DNA of 60,270 bases, counting the filler. It is 3 parts of 3 records of this genome, joined end to end, with 100 filler letters (N's around TTAATTAATTAA, not from the genome) between each part and the next. Parts side by side here need not be neighbours in the genome. Positions count along the whole stretch, not along the records: positions 41,425 to 60,270 come from SRR20825019_503; 2 more parts are not named here. One strand, 5' to 3'. A program made the translations under genes and the position numbers. Under the pieces are notes generated by a model, which was not told the DNA's origin, did no database searches, and saw only the letters and a program-made list of their open reading frames with translations. The first letter of the stretch is position 1, and each line of letters begins with the position of its first letter. Of this stretch, positions 47,971 to 59,568 are shown piece by piece.

Positions 47971-50695
47971 TAATTATTAAAGCACGAAGAAGGAATTGCG
48001 TGCCTTTTATTTATTACTGTGGACATCGAGAGAGAGAATCTCGACCCATCATGGGTGAGTATATTAGTTTGGTGGATGATGGGTCGTCGATGTGTGCCAC
48101 AACAACGCGATATATGAATGGGAATGTCCTAAGGGGTCTAAAACAAAGCGGCGAGACATTTCAAAGTGATCTTAATGGTCCAACCAGTATTTTTGTAGTA
48201 TATTGTGGCTTTTAAAAACGTGTTGCTTTGAGAAAATGGTATTTTGAAATCGCGAGAAAATTTTGTAGTCTGATCCCTGATCGCAACAAAAAATTGGCTT
48301 ATCCAAAAAAAGGAGAACCAAAAACGAAAAAAAACACCACCGAAAAAAACAACAATGAAAACCCCACAAAACAGAAACTGGACATTGGATTCAAACAAAC
48401 AAGAAACACATTCAGGGCAATCGCGATCACACCAAAAGTCACACAACCACCACCCAAAAATCCTAGTCAAAAGTGTGGAGGGCCAACACGAGCCCTTCGT
48501 ATTTACTAACACATTACACAACATCTTACCTTTTTACAATTTACAATTCAAAATTACCACTATTTACTGTTTGTTTCAAAATGTGTGAATATATGGATAC
48601 AGGGGCGCGAATGGTCAGTTGAAGGGGGAATCAGGAATAGGAGATCATTGTCTCCGTTCTCCCCTCTTCTCTCTAACTACCTTCCCTCCCATCCCATTCC
48701 ACATCCAAAACATCACTTTTCTTATATTATTACCAACTTATTCAAAAAATCAAAACCTCCTTCCCTTCACCAACTTTTCATATCCTCCTGCAGCAGCCCT
48801 CCCGCTTTATCTTTCCTTTCAAGGATTGGTAGTAGTAGTGGCTTTGTAGGTGGTATTTTTAGATATACAACTGTAGACACATTTTAATTGTAAATGCATT
48901 TTTGAATGACTTTTTCAATCCCATTTTATTGACATCAAATTCGGTGATTTCAATAAATATGTTGCTGCTGGTGACTGTGTTTTTCGCAACGGGGATGTCC
49001 TAGAAACATGTGTGTGCTCTGAGGCTCTTATCTCTTCTGATTTCCCTTTGAGAGCAAACAAGTGATAGTTAAATGTTGAAGAGCTCCCTCTCCAAAATGT
49101 ACACCTTTCTGATAAATATTTACGATTGTGAGTGAATGATTAACATGAGTTGTGTACATTGAGGGCTTCGAGATGTTTATTATATTGTTTGTTTGTTTGT
49201 TTCTGGTTTGGATGATGAAGAGATGAGAGTAGGCACCACAATTGTGTTTACACGCTACTACCAACAACTAACCGTCTATTCGATGTACGACATGCCATGA
49301 AGTTTACCCCCCACTACTATCGAGTTGCGTAACACGACCCCTCCTACCTACTTCTATCAGCCCTTACAATGACGATGACGATATCCTACTCACACACTAT
49401 CTGCTGCTGCTGATGATGATGATGAATTATGGTTGCTCTGCTCAACACTGGTGGTTGGGGGACATTTCACCCCACTGATCAACCCTTTTCTACTCTACTG
49501 GCTTTCGTCTTTTCTTCTTCCTTCATCGCTGTTTTGAGAGGCGTATCAGTTTTTAAACATTGGTACCATTTTGTTGTTTTGTCGAATGAAAGAGGGATGC
49601 GGTGTGTGTGTGTGTATTCTCAACAATCTGAGGGTTGTCGTTATTGCTTTTAGTCAATGCCGAGGTCCATTGTCCCCTACTTCGATCAACTACTGCCAAC
49701 ATCCACCATCAATATCACCATCTACTTTAACTGACTTCGAGAGAGTTCCCCTACCCATATATACCATCCTATTAGCGTGCTGTATGCATTAAGCCGTACG
49801 TTCCACATTTTCTACTATCTTTGTTGTCAATACGCTTGTTGCCACATGCCGCTTGATATGTGCGTTGTTCCTCCCCCTCCTGGGGTGGAGTACAACCGTA
49901 TCAAGTAACACCAGTCGTCATAACATTCATGTACCCCATATGTCACAGTGCTCTCTGTGATGTATGTTGGTATGTGTTTGGGGTGTTGGTGTGTGCGCGA
50001 GCGACAACTAATAATAGTTAGTACTTTGTGTGATTGTGCTTTAAAAACATCAGATTAAATCGCTTAGGAATGAAATGGGTGGTCTCTCTTGTTGTTGTAA
50101 GTTCTGGTGGTGTTGGGATTGCGGTGGTGTTGGCGTTTGTTAGAGTGAAGATAGGACATTTGGGGCTCGGGCGAGATGTGTGTGACTGCAATGACGCCCC
50201 CCTTTTTGACACGAGAGATACTGCAACCCACCTGTTTCCCCTTTCATCTTTTCGAGAAGTAAAACACAAAATGGTGCACGGTGTTTGATATACTTTACGT
50301 TTCTCAAGTTGTGTTCAGGTACGTGAACATATTTTGTGCCACACATCATACACATGTGATGATGGAGGAAGGAATTGATGTGAGTGGAGAATGGAAAGCG
50401 TCTGCCCCCACAATGGAAGTTGTTGGGGGAGACATGAAGAAGAGACACAACGACGGACGGTTCACACAACAACCTTACAAAATACATTTCAAACTCATTT
50501 TCATTTCATTTTCATTCATTTTGTGTTTCACGCATGTTGGTGGTGGGAAGTAGTAAGTCCATATTCCACCACTGCAAGCCTTGTGTTAGGAGCTTGCTGA
50601 CCCCATTGTTATCTCTTTCTTCCTCCCACTTTTTAATTCTATTTAAATTCCCAAAGCCACACCATACAACAATTAAAAACGCACATCAAAAATAA

Positions 50696-52550
50696 ATGTT
50701 ACCGCCTCCACCATCATCACCTTTCACTACAATAATAACACCTACGACATCAAATGCCAACCGCCGGTATGATACTAATAATGTGCGTCTTAGGCGGGTT
50801 CTAACATCCGATGTGAATAGTCCGGATACATCATACCGCTACCAAGGGGCCTTTATTTACGAGGACTACGTCGACCTCAATACCCAATTCAACGCCAACA
50901 AAGAATACTACACCCAACGACAACACGACTATGAATCCCACCTTGGCTTTAAATTAATCGCTGATCATTTCAGTAGGAGAAGCCGTGTTTTAGTGCAGTG
51001 CTGTCAGTAGGGTGCCTTGAGAGGTTATTACGGTTGGGAAGGGCGTATAAGGGTAGTGATATGGAGAGCATCAAGAATAACCTTCCTGAATGGAAGGAGG
51101 TGGCGGACGAGCTCGCATTGATTCTTGGGGAGCTGTTACTTACTTCGCCAACACCCACATCATCACCACAATCTTCTACTACTTCGTCGTCTATATTTAA
51201 GTTACCATGTGGGTACTTTATGAAGATGCAGGAGACGAGTGCTAAGGAGTTTACATGCTACTATGGGTATGATCATCATGAAAGTAGTACCGAGGTCACA
51301 GCTACACCACCTGGTACGACTCCACCCAACAACACTACTCCTCCTCCACCCATAGGTGCTGCTGCTATTAGGATCTATGCAAGGGATGGGGATATACCGC
51401 TAGCCCAACGACGGGCTCACAAAGATGTCATTATGGCCAAGGCACCCATCATACCGGCATGTGTATCGACTACCCCTCTAAAACAACTAACACTGTTCCA
51501 CCACCGCCACCGCCTCGTCCTTCGGGTGGAAGCGGAGGAGTGCCACCCCCACCTCCCCCACCGCCTAAGAAGAGTGGTATCCCTTCTCCTCCCCCTCCCC
51601 CACCACGCCCGTCGTCGTCGTTATCACCGTCAGTCGAGGGGCACAGTGGAGGAGCACACCACAACCATCATCATCAGTACCACCCCGAGCTGAAGTTACT
51701 TCAGGGCCTGGGCCCCTTCACCGACATCCACCTCATCATAGCCTCACTGGTTGGCCACGACAAGTCCCAAATATTTATCGAGAAGCATGTTCAAAGGGGG
51801 GAGGGGATGGATATGTTTCTATTACCGTGGGACGATGGAATGGACACCGACAGAGAGTTTAGGGTGTTTGTGGATGAGCGATCGAGGGTAGCGGCAATAG
51901 CACCATGGAACCCCTTCGGTACGTATCCTACTACTAAAACTACTACTCTCACTGCATGCGGTGATACAACTACTTCATCAGGGATACTTGGGACTAACAC
52001 TACATCAGTATCAGCAGCGGCTACAGAAGAAGGCGATACTACTGCTACTACACGAGGTGGTGGTGGTGGTGCTACGCGCGATGCGGATACTAGCCGTGTG
52101 GCCTTTCCATGGGTAGAGGCCCTCACCGATGCGGACCTCAAACATCTAGCCATCGATATAGCCTCCTACGTCGAGGAGAGGATCATGCCCAAGGTGCTAG
52201 CCCACACACCCTTCAAGAGCTGTACAGTGGATGTGCTGGTACGGGAGGTCATGGAGGTGAATCCCTCATCACCAGCAACACCATCGGTAGATGACTCCAC
52301 CGCCATACCACATGTCGATCCCAGCTGTCGTAATTGGGCCATCTCCCTAGTCGAGACGGGCCCATTTGGTCCCTTTATGCACGCGGGCTCTACCCTTTAC
52401 CACTGGCTGGAGGAGGATGTATTTGATAAGGGATGTGGCGACGACGATGTGGATGATACCATTGATATGCGGGTGCTTACCGATTATTGTAAACGGGGGG
52501 AACAGCTATCTGTCACCAAACCGGTACGAAAGCCCGACCTATTTGAATAA
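50696..52550 (+). pseudogene. Cdc123/R2K-like ATP-grasp gene split by two frameshifts
   Basis: YFMK...SAKE, FLLPW, EFRVFV, VDV, LVETGPFG, GS.LYHW are spread over three successive frames (50696-51010, 50998-51693, 51459-52550). Confidence 0.65.
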
Positions 52551-52827
52551 TGCTATGTTACTGCTTTTATTTTCAAATTTTGACCTTTTATCAATTGTTG
52601 CTGAGTTCCAGAGTGTTGCTTTTGCATAATTTTCCTTTGCCCTCTCCCTTTTCCCTTCTTTCTCTTTGTAAAAAAAGGTGAAAGGTAGGTACATTAATAA
52701 AAACACAGACGAGAGTTTGAGTTTTATCCCCACCCACCTCTGCCCCCACCAAAAACCAACACAACACACACATACCCCCACCCTCCTACATCGTCCCCAT
52801 CTACCCTACTACCACTCACAACACAAC

Positions 52828-54495
52828 ATGCCAAAGCCTTATGGAAAGGGAGGCTCAGGTGGTACTCGTATGTGCGCCTTCTACCAACAGGGTAAGTGCG
52901 ATCGGCGAAACTGCGCCTTCTCCCACGGTGACGGTAAGAACAACAACAATGGTGGTAGTAAGGCCCCCCAGGCGGCTGTGCCCAAGACCAGCAGTGTCCT
53001 TGTGGCCCTCCTACGCCTCCTCTTTCAAAAGGAGCAGTTCACTATATTCAATGCCGACGAGGGACGCCTCAATCTGACCGCCTTCAAGACATGCCCCGAT
53101 GTCTGTACTGTTCAGGAGTCTATTGATTTCAATACTGCAGCATTCTGTGAGGCCCTTTGTGAAACGATTCAGTCTTGCCTCGGAAATCGCATGACGATCT
53201 TACAACTCGATGGGAACGATATTCGTACATTCAAGCACCTCTCCACCTCCTTGATGCACCACAATCTGCACTCCTCCATTGTCTCCCTCAGTCTTGCTAA
53301 CAACGGTATCGCTACATTTGATGTGCTTAGCCAGCTAAAGCACTTTGACGCATTAAGGGAGCTTGTCCTATCTGGAAACCCCATCTCCAACGACTCGAAG
53401 TCCCTCTCACGTGTCCGTCATACCCTCCCTAACCTCCTTGACTACAACCGTGCCTCCGTCGTCCGGCCCCCCCTCAGCCTCCCCTGGCCCCTTACCTCCG
53501 ATGACACAGTCCGTACCCCCGACCAGCAGGGTCTCATTGCGTATCTCGATGAGCGATTCTTCAGCCGCATCAACTCCCCCCCTGGAAGTAACAACAACCA
53601 GATCGGGGGAGGATCATCGGTTGTGGATGGACTGGCGGAGGTGTACCACCCCAGAGCCATCTTCACCATGTCTTTTGCCGAGGCTGGCCACGCAGCAGGC
53701 CTCGGTGCTACCCCCTCCTCCTCCCAGCAGCAGAACAAGGACGCCACTAGGGACATCAACCAACTACGCCAGAAGCAGACTGAGAACAACCACAATATTT
53801 GCAAGGGCATCAAGCAAACCTCCATCGTCAAGGGAAAGATCGAAGTCCTCGCCAAGATGTCCAATGTGCTGTACCCCAGTAAAAACTTCTACTTTGAGCA
53901 CATCTTCTCACCCTCTATCCAGGTCTCCTTTATCAATGGGGGGGCCATGAGTGGTGGGGTGAGTATTGCGACGGTGACGGTACACGGAGCAATCCGATAC
54001 CAACACAAGATACACGCCTCTTGCACCTGTGAGAGGGTCTTCCATCGATCACTTGTCCTTGCACAGGATAACGGCGTCTGGCTGATTACTAATGATACAA
54101 TTGAGCTTCGTCCCCAGTCCGCGGATCCTATTTTCGTATCATTCAGTTTCGATCGGTCCGCAAAGGTGTCGAGGAAGGTCCAGGCGCTCCTAGGACCTAG
54201 CTGTGGCAACGGCATGTCCCCAGATGTTGCCCAGGCCGCTGCGTTGGTGTGTACGAGTGATAGTAGTTGGCTCGACGCGTTGCAGGAGATTGGTATGTTG
54301 GACGTCAGCATCTTACAAGAGGCCATGTCCCTCACTAACAACGATGCTAGGTCCGCCATCAGGGTGGCTAGGGTCGTTGCACGGTCTTTCATTGCGGCGA
54401 GGCAGGCAGGGAATACCGGTGGGCTGTCGGTCGCGGAGAGTCTGCAGCGGTTGTCCGACGGCGAGTGGAACGTCGAGGCGGTGATGCCGTTGTAA
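52828..54495 (+). CDS. MEX67: Kinetoplastid-type Mex67 with an N-terminal CCCH zinc finger
   Basis: CAFYQQGKCDRRNCAFSH (C-x7-C-x4-C-x3-H), LRRs (LQLDGNDI, LSLANNGI, LVLSGNPI), RPPLSLPWP, NTF2-like FHRSLVL...WLITND. Confidence 0.85.
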   Translation: MPKPYGKGGSGGTRMCAFYQQGKCDRRNCAFSHGDGKNNNNGGSKAPQAAVPKTSSVLVALLRLLFQKEQFTIFNADEGRLNLTAFKTCPDVCTVQESIDFNTAAFCEALCETIQSCLGNRMTILQLDGNDIRTFKHLSTSLMHHNLHSSIVSLSLANNGIATFDVLSQLKHFDALRELVLSGNPISNDSKSLSRVRHTLPNLLDYNRASVVRPPLSLPWPLTSDDTVRTPDQQGLIAYLDERFFSRINSPPGSNNNQIGGGSSVVDGLAEVYHPRAIFTMSFAEAGHAAGLGATPSSSQQQNKDATRDINQLRQKQTENNHNICKGIKQTSIVKGKIEVLAKMSNVLYPSKNFYFEHIFSPSIQVSFINGGAMSGGVSIATVTVHGAIRYQHKIHASCTCERVFHRSLVLAQDNGVWLITNDTIELRPQSADPIFVSFSFDRSAKVSRKVQALLGPSCGNGMSPDVAQAAALVCTSDSSWLDALQEIGMLDVSILQEAMSLTNNDARSAIRVARVVARSFIAARQAGNTGGLSVAESLQRLSDGEWNVEAVMPL

Positions 54496-55168
54496 TTATA
54501 GGGTTATACCCCGATCACACACAACGACTGCAGTGCTCATGTGGGTTCTACTACTGCTGGTTACACTGTAACAACACCCTTCTGCAACTACTTCAAAGTT
54601 GTTGTGACAACAACACGGTAGCAGAATATTCGTGATAAGAAGGGAAGACATAAGAATGATGATGAGAGATGGAAACGAAAAAGAAGGGAAGAAGGGACGT
54701 GGTGGTGGTAGGATGACGTTATCGAGCACATGCATCCACACACACTCACACAATCTAGTAGTCACACATTATATTATTATACACGCTCATCCCCACATTT
54801 ATCAACAAATAGACACACAATGATGGGGAATGTTTGAAATCAAAGAAAAATGCTGTACAACAGACTTTACAAATTCGAAGTGGTGGCTGTGTGGTGGTGG
54901 GAATGTGGTGATGATGTGTTGGCTGAGGGTTGTTGTCAACAACCCCCACCCAACCATACTCATACTCATTACTACACATTATTGTGTTCTGTAATTTTGT
55001 AAATGCTATCACACTGTTGTTACCCTTTCCCTTACCCTTCCTTCTTCATACCAAGACACACTTTTTAAAACATACAACTATATCGATTATCGATTTCACA
55101 GTATTATTTATTGTAGGCTAGGCACCCCTCTTTAATTAAAATCTAACACACAGTTATACATATCATCA

Positions 55169-58100
55169 ATGCAGCGGCGGCTGAACCAACCTCATGGTGG
55201 TAGTATCATAGGTAGCAGTAGGATGGGTGTTTGTAGTAGGCATCGATACCTAATCCTCGGGGCGGTGATACTGCTGCTCATTGTCGGACTTATCTCAGTC
55301 GGACAACGTGTCCCTGGGGTCGACACCTTAAACCCTGCGACAGGTGGCGACGATAACCACCACCAACACCCTCCCATCGATGGTGATGGTGATGGTGATG
55401 TTCATGTTGGTGATGGATTAACTTCATTTAACAACAACGGAAACCATCAAAAAGATGGAGGAGACGATGATGGCCACAATCAGGTGAGTGGCGGTTCTTC
55501 TCAATACGCCAACACCTCAGTAGTAGTCATTGATGTGTTGGCTGATGTTGCCACCGCATGTAAGCACCATCGTGGTGGGGGTGTTACAAGACCCAAGAAG
55601 AGTGCACAGTCATCATCTATGATGATGAGGGGTGTAGTGGCGGCGATGGAGGCAATGTGTTTGCTACGGGAGGGGGATGCTGTATTCAAGGGGGGTCTAC
55701 ATGCGGACCTACCCCTCTCTCACCCTGTCCTCTACAATAAAAGAAGGCACCATCATCCCGATACAACGATTTCCGTCAAATCTCAACAAGAACAACAACT
55801 TCAGAAACCAACAAAACCGATATCGTCATCACAATCCCCGTTAATTAGAGGGGGTAGTATTGTGGATGATGGGGGTGTGGATGGGATGACGGGTGTGGTG
55901 GTTAGTAAGGATTGGGCCAACGCCCCGATGAGCACCATGTGGGTGCTGCGAGAGGGGGTACGGGGTGGTCCCTTGGGCATCTCTCCTAAGGACGGTACCC
56001 TACATGAAAGAGAGGGTGGTGGTGTGGGTGCGACGTCCCACATCATACCCTACCACGGCCCCCCTGCCGTCCAGGAGGACTACTTCCACCGGTTAGACAT
56101 GCCCCTCGATTTCCCCCAACTACCACCACCACTTTTGCCATCCTCCACAACAACTACATCCGCATCAGCTGATGCATCAGTTGCTGTGATCTCGGAGGAA
56201 ACGACTACCCAACATCAAGAACAGCTACAAGACGGCGGTGGCGGCGGAGGAGGCGGTGCTGACATTGTCATTGAGGCCGCGGATGCTGTGGTTCGGGACG
56301 ATAATCTCTTACCCACAACCTCCCCAACCTCCCCATCACTACCCCCCTTCAACGGTAACTACTTTGCCAATACGTACGATAGGAGCGTCTATCCTAATGG
56401 GCCTGGGGGGCTAAGACTATGGTACGATGCACCCCTAGCATCCTACTTCTACCAACCCTTCTCTCGATGGCGAAGTAATCCTGGTAGGGAGCGTATTGTG
56501 TTCGGTAGGAGTGTTAATATCACTACCACTACAACAACTACAACTACTACTACCTCTAGAATGGATGATGATGATATACGTACTTCTAACCATCGTACAC
56601 ACAGGGAGGGCATACCGCCCCAAGGAGTACCGCCCATTCCTGATTATATTACCTTGGATTGTCGGGGTGGTGGTAATGGTGTGGGTGGGGGTACTACTAC
56701 CGCTGAAAGGGTGTATGCTAAGGTTGCAAGTGAGCTTGATATATTGAGTGGCTCACCACCACCACCGGCGGCATCCGATGCATCGTCATCATCATCTTCG
56801 GATTTAATGTCCAAAATGAAGTCCATCCACTCCTCCCCCATAGATGAGGGAGTACTGAGTACACTACTGGGCCGTACACGCATATCAGCTATTATCCACG
56901 CCCCCCTTACCTGCCTATCACCCACCACTCCCTACTCGGCATACTACCCCCCACGGACATTGCAAGATTGGCGGGCATGGATCGGAGAGGAGGCACCTGC
57001 TTGGAGGGTGGTCAAGGTATGGACAACAACCTACTCGTCATCTGATGCTACTAGTGGTGGTGATGATGTGATAGTTACCTCTATTGCCCTCAGGCGTCGA
57101 GTTAAGGCCTTCCACTTTGGTATAGCAGGTGGCACCGATAATAGAGCAGCATTGGCCGAATACACCTGGGGGCAACGTACCCCCCTATTATGGTTCGCCG
57201 ATGTGGATGTTGGGGCCCTGCGACCCATTATATCCCCCTCAAAGCATCCTATGTACGTGCAAAATAAATTTAACTTTTTGACATATCGTATTGCTCGTAT
57301 ATGGGAGATGGTGTACCAACACTATCAGTGTAGTAGTGGTGGGGATGGTGGTGGGCTGTTGTTGGGGGGCATCATCAACAAGGATCCCTCCGGCGGCGAT
57401 GAGGATGGATCGCCCCCACCACAGTCTCCCAAATCATCTCCCTCCTCCTCCTGCACCACCCACAACACCCAGTACGACTGGTACATACGCCTCTGGGATG
57501 ATAATTATTACAACGAGGAGGGGCTGTATAATATACTGGGACGACTGCGGCCCCAAGAACACTCCCTCATGTTGGGGAAGAATACTTGGCGAAACCTTGG
57601 AACGGGAAGTAGTGGAAAGCGCAAGGAGGATGGGGCTGGAGGTGGTGGTGGGGTAGCTGCAGAGGCTCAGGCCCGTATTGACCGGTACTTTAGGACCACG
57701 TCCAAGGAGAGGCGTCAGGGTGGGGTATTCCCGTTTACTGGAGGTGGGGCTGGGTGGTTCCTAAGTAGTGCTGGTATGCGTGCCATCGGCCCCAGCTTCG
57801 CTACATCATCATCTACACCCCCATCATCGTCATCATCGTCATCCCCCATTAATAGTGGTGGATATGACTGGCTCGGTGAAATGAACAAACGGACGGATCT
57901 CTACATCAAACACGCCCTCCACAACGAGGACGTCTTCCTCACTGCCTGGTTCTACATTTTAAATGTAACAATATTGAATATGCCGGGGGTAGAGCATATT
58001 AGTCCCGGGCTGGGGCCCAGGCAGCGGTGCATGAGGGAGGAGTTGTTGTGGCAGCTCAGGTGGGGGAGGTACCCCCAGCTGGCCAGGAGGTCTCTACTAG

Positions 58101-59248
58101 TACCGTCCATATCAGACACACTACCCCCATCAAGGGAGGCATTCTGTAGACATAATGAGGAGGATCATACAAATAAGAAAGAGGGAGGTGGTGATGAGGT
58201 GAGTAGTAGTAATAGTGGTTTCAAGAGGGTTATGATGGGCATGCCTGCGGTACCACGCACACCGCGCATGAGTCCCGATGAGGCAACCATCGACGTACAA
58301 CTCACAACATCCATCGTCAACTATTTTACTGGCAGTAATAAAAAGAGAGGAGGTCCCACTGTTGTAGCGGGTACAGATGCTGCTACTACAACATCCCACC
58401 ACCACCATCAAACCGGCCATGCTTCACCACCTCCTCCCACTGGTGGGGAGGGGAACAATGCATCCGATGCCTTCGCTGTTGTGTGCATTGTCAACAACAC
58501 TACTGCACCAACAACAACACAAGGTAATATTACTACCACCACTACTATCCCCTTTACATCCCCTCTACAGCTATTCTATGAATACACCTCCTCTGACCCG
58601 TTGTTGCTGATGGAGGATGCACACTACTCAGCCTCCACCCCCATTGTATGGCACTACATGTCCCCCTATCGACTTATACGAATGGAAATATTATTATATG
58701 GAGGAGGTGGGGATTCATATTTTCCTTCAACAACAAAAAGTACCAGCACTAGCAATAATAATGCTGCTCCATCAACCCCGAAACGAAAATGGCGAAGGGA
58801 GCATGATTTCGAGGTGCGGGGTGTTGGTGGTAGCAATAAGTGGGTGATGATGAGTGGGGTGCCGGTGACTAACAGTGATAAAAAGGTGCCGGTGGCAAAG
58901 AGGCGGCCGTGTTACAAGGGAACCCCCTACAAGAGAGTACAAGTAGGTGGCGGTGGGGCATCCTCATCCTCCTCATCAAAAGATGGTACTACTACTACTG
59001 CCATATCGATTCAAAGCACAGTAACAGGTAAGAAGGTTAAGAGTGTGGATTGGGTCAGTGAGTATTTACTACCACCACAGCCTCCTCGGTCAGGCGGCCC
59101 GTCCACCACCCTTTCTAACCAGTCTACCACCACCAACGGCCGTCCAGCCGTCCCTATGGAGGAGTACTACTTCTACCAGCCCGAGGAGGGCATCTCTATA
59201 TTTGAATACCCCCTCGCAGACCCCCCCATTGAAGTTGGAGTCATGTAA
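55169..59248 (+). CDS. Type II membrane GT31/Fringe-like glycosyltransferase with low-complexity expansions
   Basis: N-terminal TM (YLILGAVILLLIVGLISV); TWG, YDWYIRLWDDNY, GGGAGWFLS, EDV, WHYMSP. Confidence 0.65.
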   Translation: MQRRLNQPHGGSIIGSSRMGVCSRHRYLILGAVILLLIVGLISVGQRVPGVDTLNPATGGDDNHHQHPPIDGDGDGDVHVGDGLTSFNNNGNHQKDGGDDDGHNQVSGGSSQYANTSVVVIDVLADVATACKHHRGGGVTRPKKSAQSSSMMMRGVVAAMEAMCLLREGDAVFKGGLHADLPLSHPVLYNKRRHHHPDTTISVKSQQEQQLQKPTKPISSSQSPLIRGGSIVDDGGVDGMTGVVVSKDWANAPMSTMWVLREGVRGGPLGISPKDGTLHEREGGGVGATSHIIPYHGPPAVQEDYFHRLDMPLDFPQLPPPLLPSSTTTTSASADASVAVISEETTTQHQEQLQDGGGGGGGGADIVIEAADAVVRDDNLLPTTSPTSPSLPPFNGNYFANTYDRSVYPNGPGGLRLWYDAPLASYFYQPFSRWRSNPGRERIVFGRSVNITTTTTTTTTTTSRMDDDDIRTSNHRTHREGIPPQGVPPIPDYITLDCRGGGNGVGGGTTTAERVYAKVASELDILSGSPPPPAASDASSSSSSDLMSKMKSIHSSPIDEGVLSTLLGRTRISAIIHAPLTCLSPTTPYSAYYPPRTLQDWRAWIGEEAPAWRVVKVWTTTYSSSDATSGGDDVIVTSIALRRRVKAFHFGIAGGTDNRAALAEYTWGQRTPLLWFADVDVGALRPIISPSKHPMYVQNKFNFLTYRIARIWEMVYQHYQCSSGGDGGGLLLGGIINKDPSGGDEDGSPPPQSPKSSPSSSCTTHNTQYDWYIRLWDDNYYNEEGLYNILGRLRPQEHSLMLGKNTWRNLGTGSSGKRKEDGAGGGGGVAAEAQARIDRYFRTTSKERRQGGVFPFTGGGAGWFLSSAGMRAIGPSFATSSSTPPSSSSSSSPINSGGYDWLGEMNKRTDLYIKHALHNEDVFLTAWFYILNVTILNMPGVEHISPGLGPRQRCMREELLWQLRWGRYPQLARRSLLVPSISDTLPPSREAFCRHNEEDHTNKKEGGGDEVSSSNSGFKRVMMGMPAVPRTPRMSPDEATIDVQLTTSIVNYFTGSNKKRGGPTVVAGTDAATTTSHHHHQTGHASPPPPTGGEGNNASDAFAVVCIVNNTTAPTTTQGNITTTTTIPFTSPLQLFYEYTSSDPLLLMEDAHYSASTPIVWHYMSPYRLIRMEILLYGGGGDSYFPSTTKSTSTSNNNAAPSTPKRKWRREHDFEVRGVGGSNKWVMMSGVPVTNSDKKVPVAKRRPCYKGTPYKRVQVGGGGASSSSSSKDGTTTTAISIQSTVTGKKVKSVDWVSEYLLPPQPPRSGGPSTTLSNQSTTTNGRPAVPMEEYYFYQPEEGISIFEYPLADPPIEVGVM

Positions 59249-59568
59249 ATTTAGATATTTTACGTTTTCAACCGTTTCTTTGAAATGCTTTTTGTCGAAT
59301 GGTAGATCATTTTAAAATTAGTGTTTTGCACTCTCCCCTTCCATATTTTTATTTTTGATATTTAGAGGAAGAAGCGCAATATTTTGAACTATTCCTACAC
59401 AACCTATCCACACAACCCCCCATCCTGTTAATTTCCTTGCGTAAAGTGAATTTACAGGATTACACACAACCGTTAGAGGATTGGAATATATAATTATAAT
59501 AAACTTAGAGGAGGATTCCAACATCCACTCATACAACAACAACTGCCTTTCTATCCTTATTATTATAC

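Noticed and set aside
47971-50695. 2.7-kb intergenic region as a snoRNA cluster or strand-switch region
   Set aside because: TGATGA hits lie in microsatellites, there are no convincing paired C/D boxes or - strand genes, and the short ORFs are low-complexity.
41748-59248. Stop-codon reassignment as in Blastocrithidia
   Set aside because: Conserved genes contain no in-frame stops and end in TAA or TAG.
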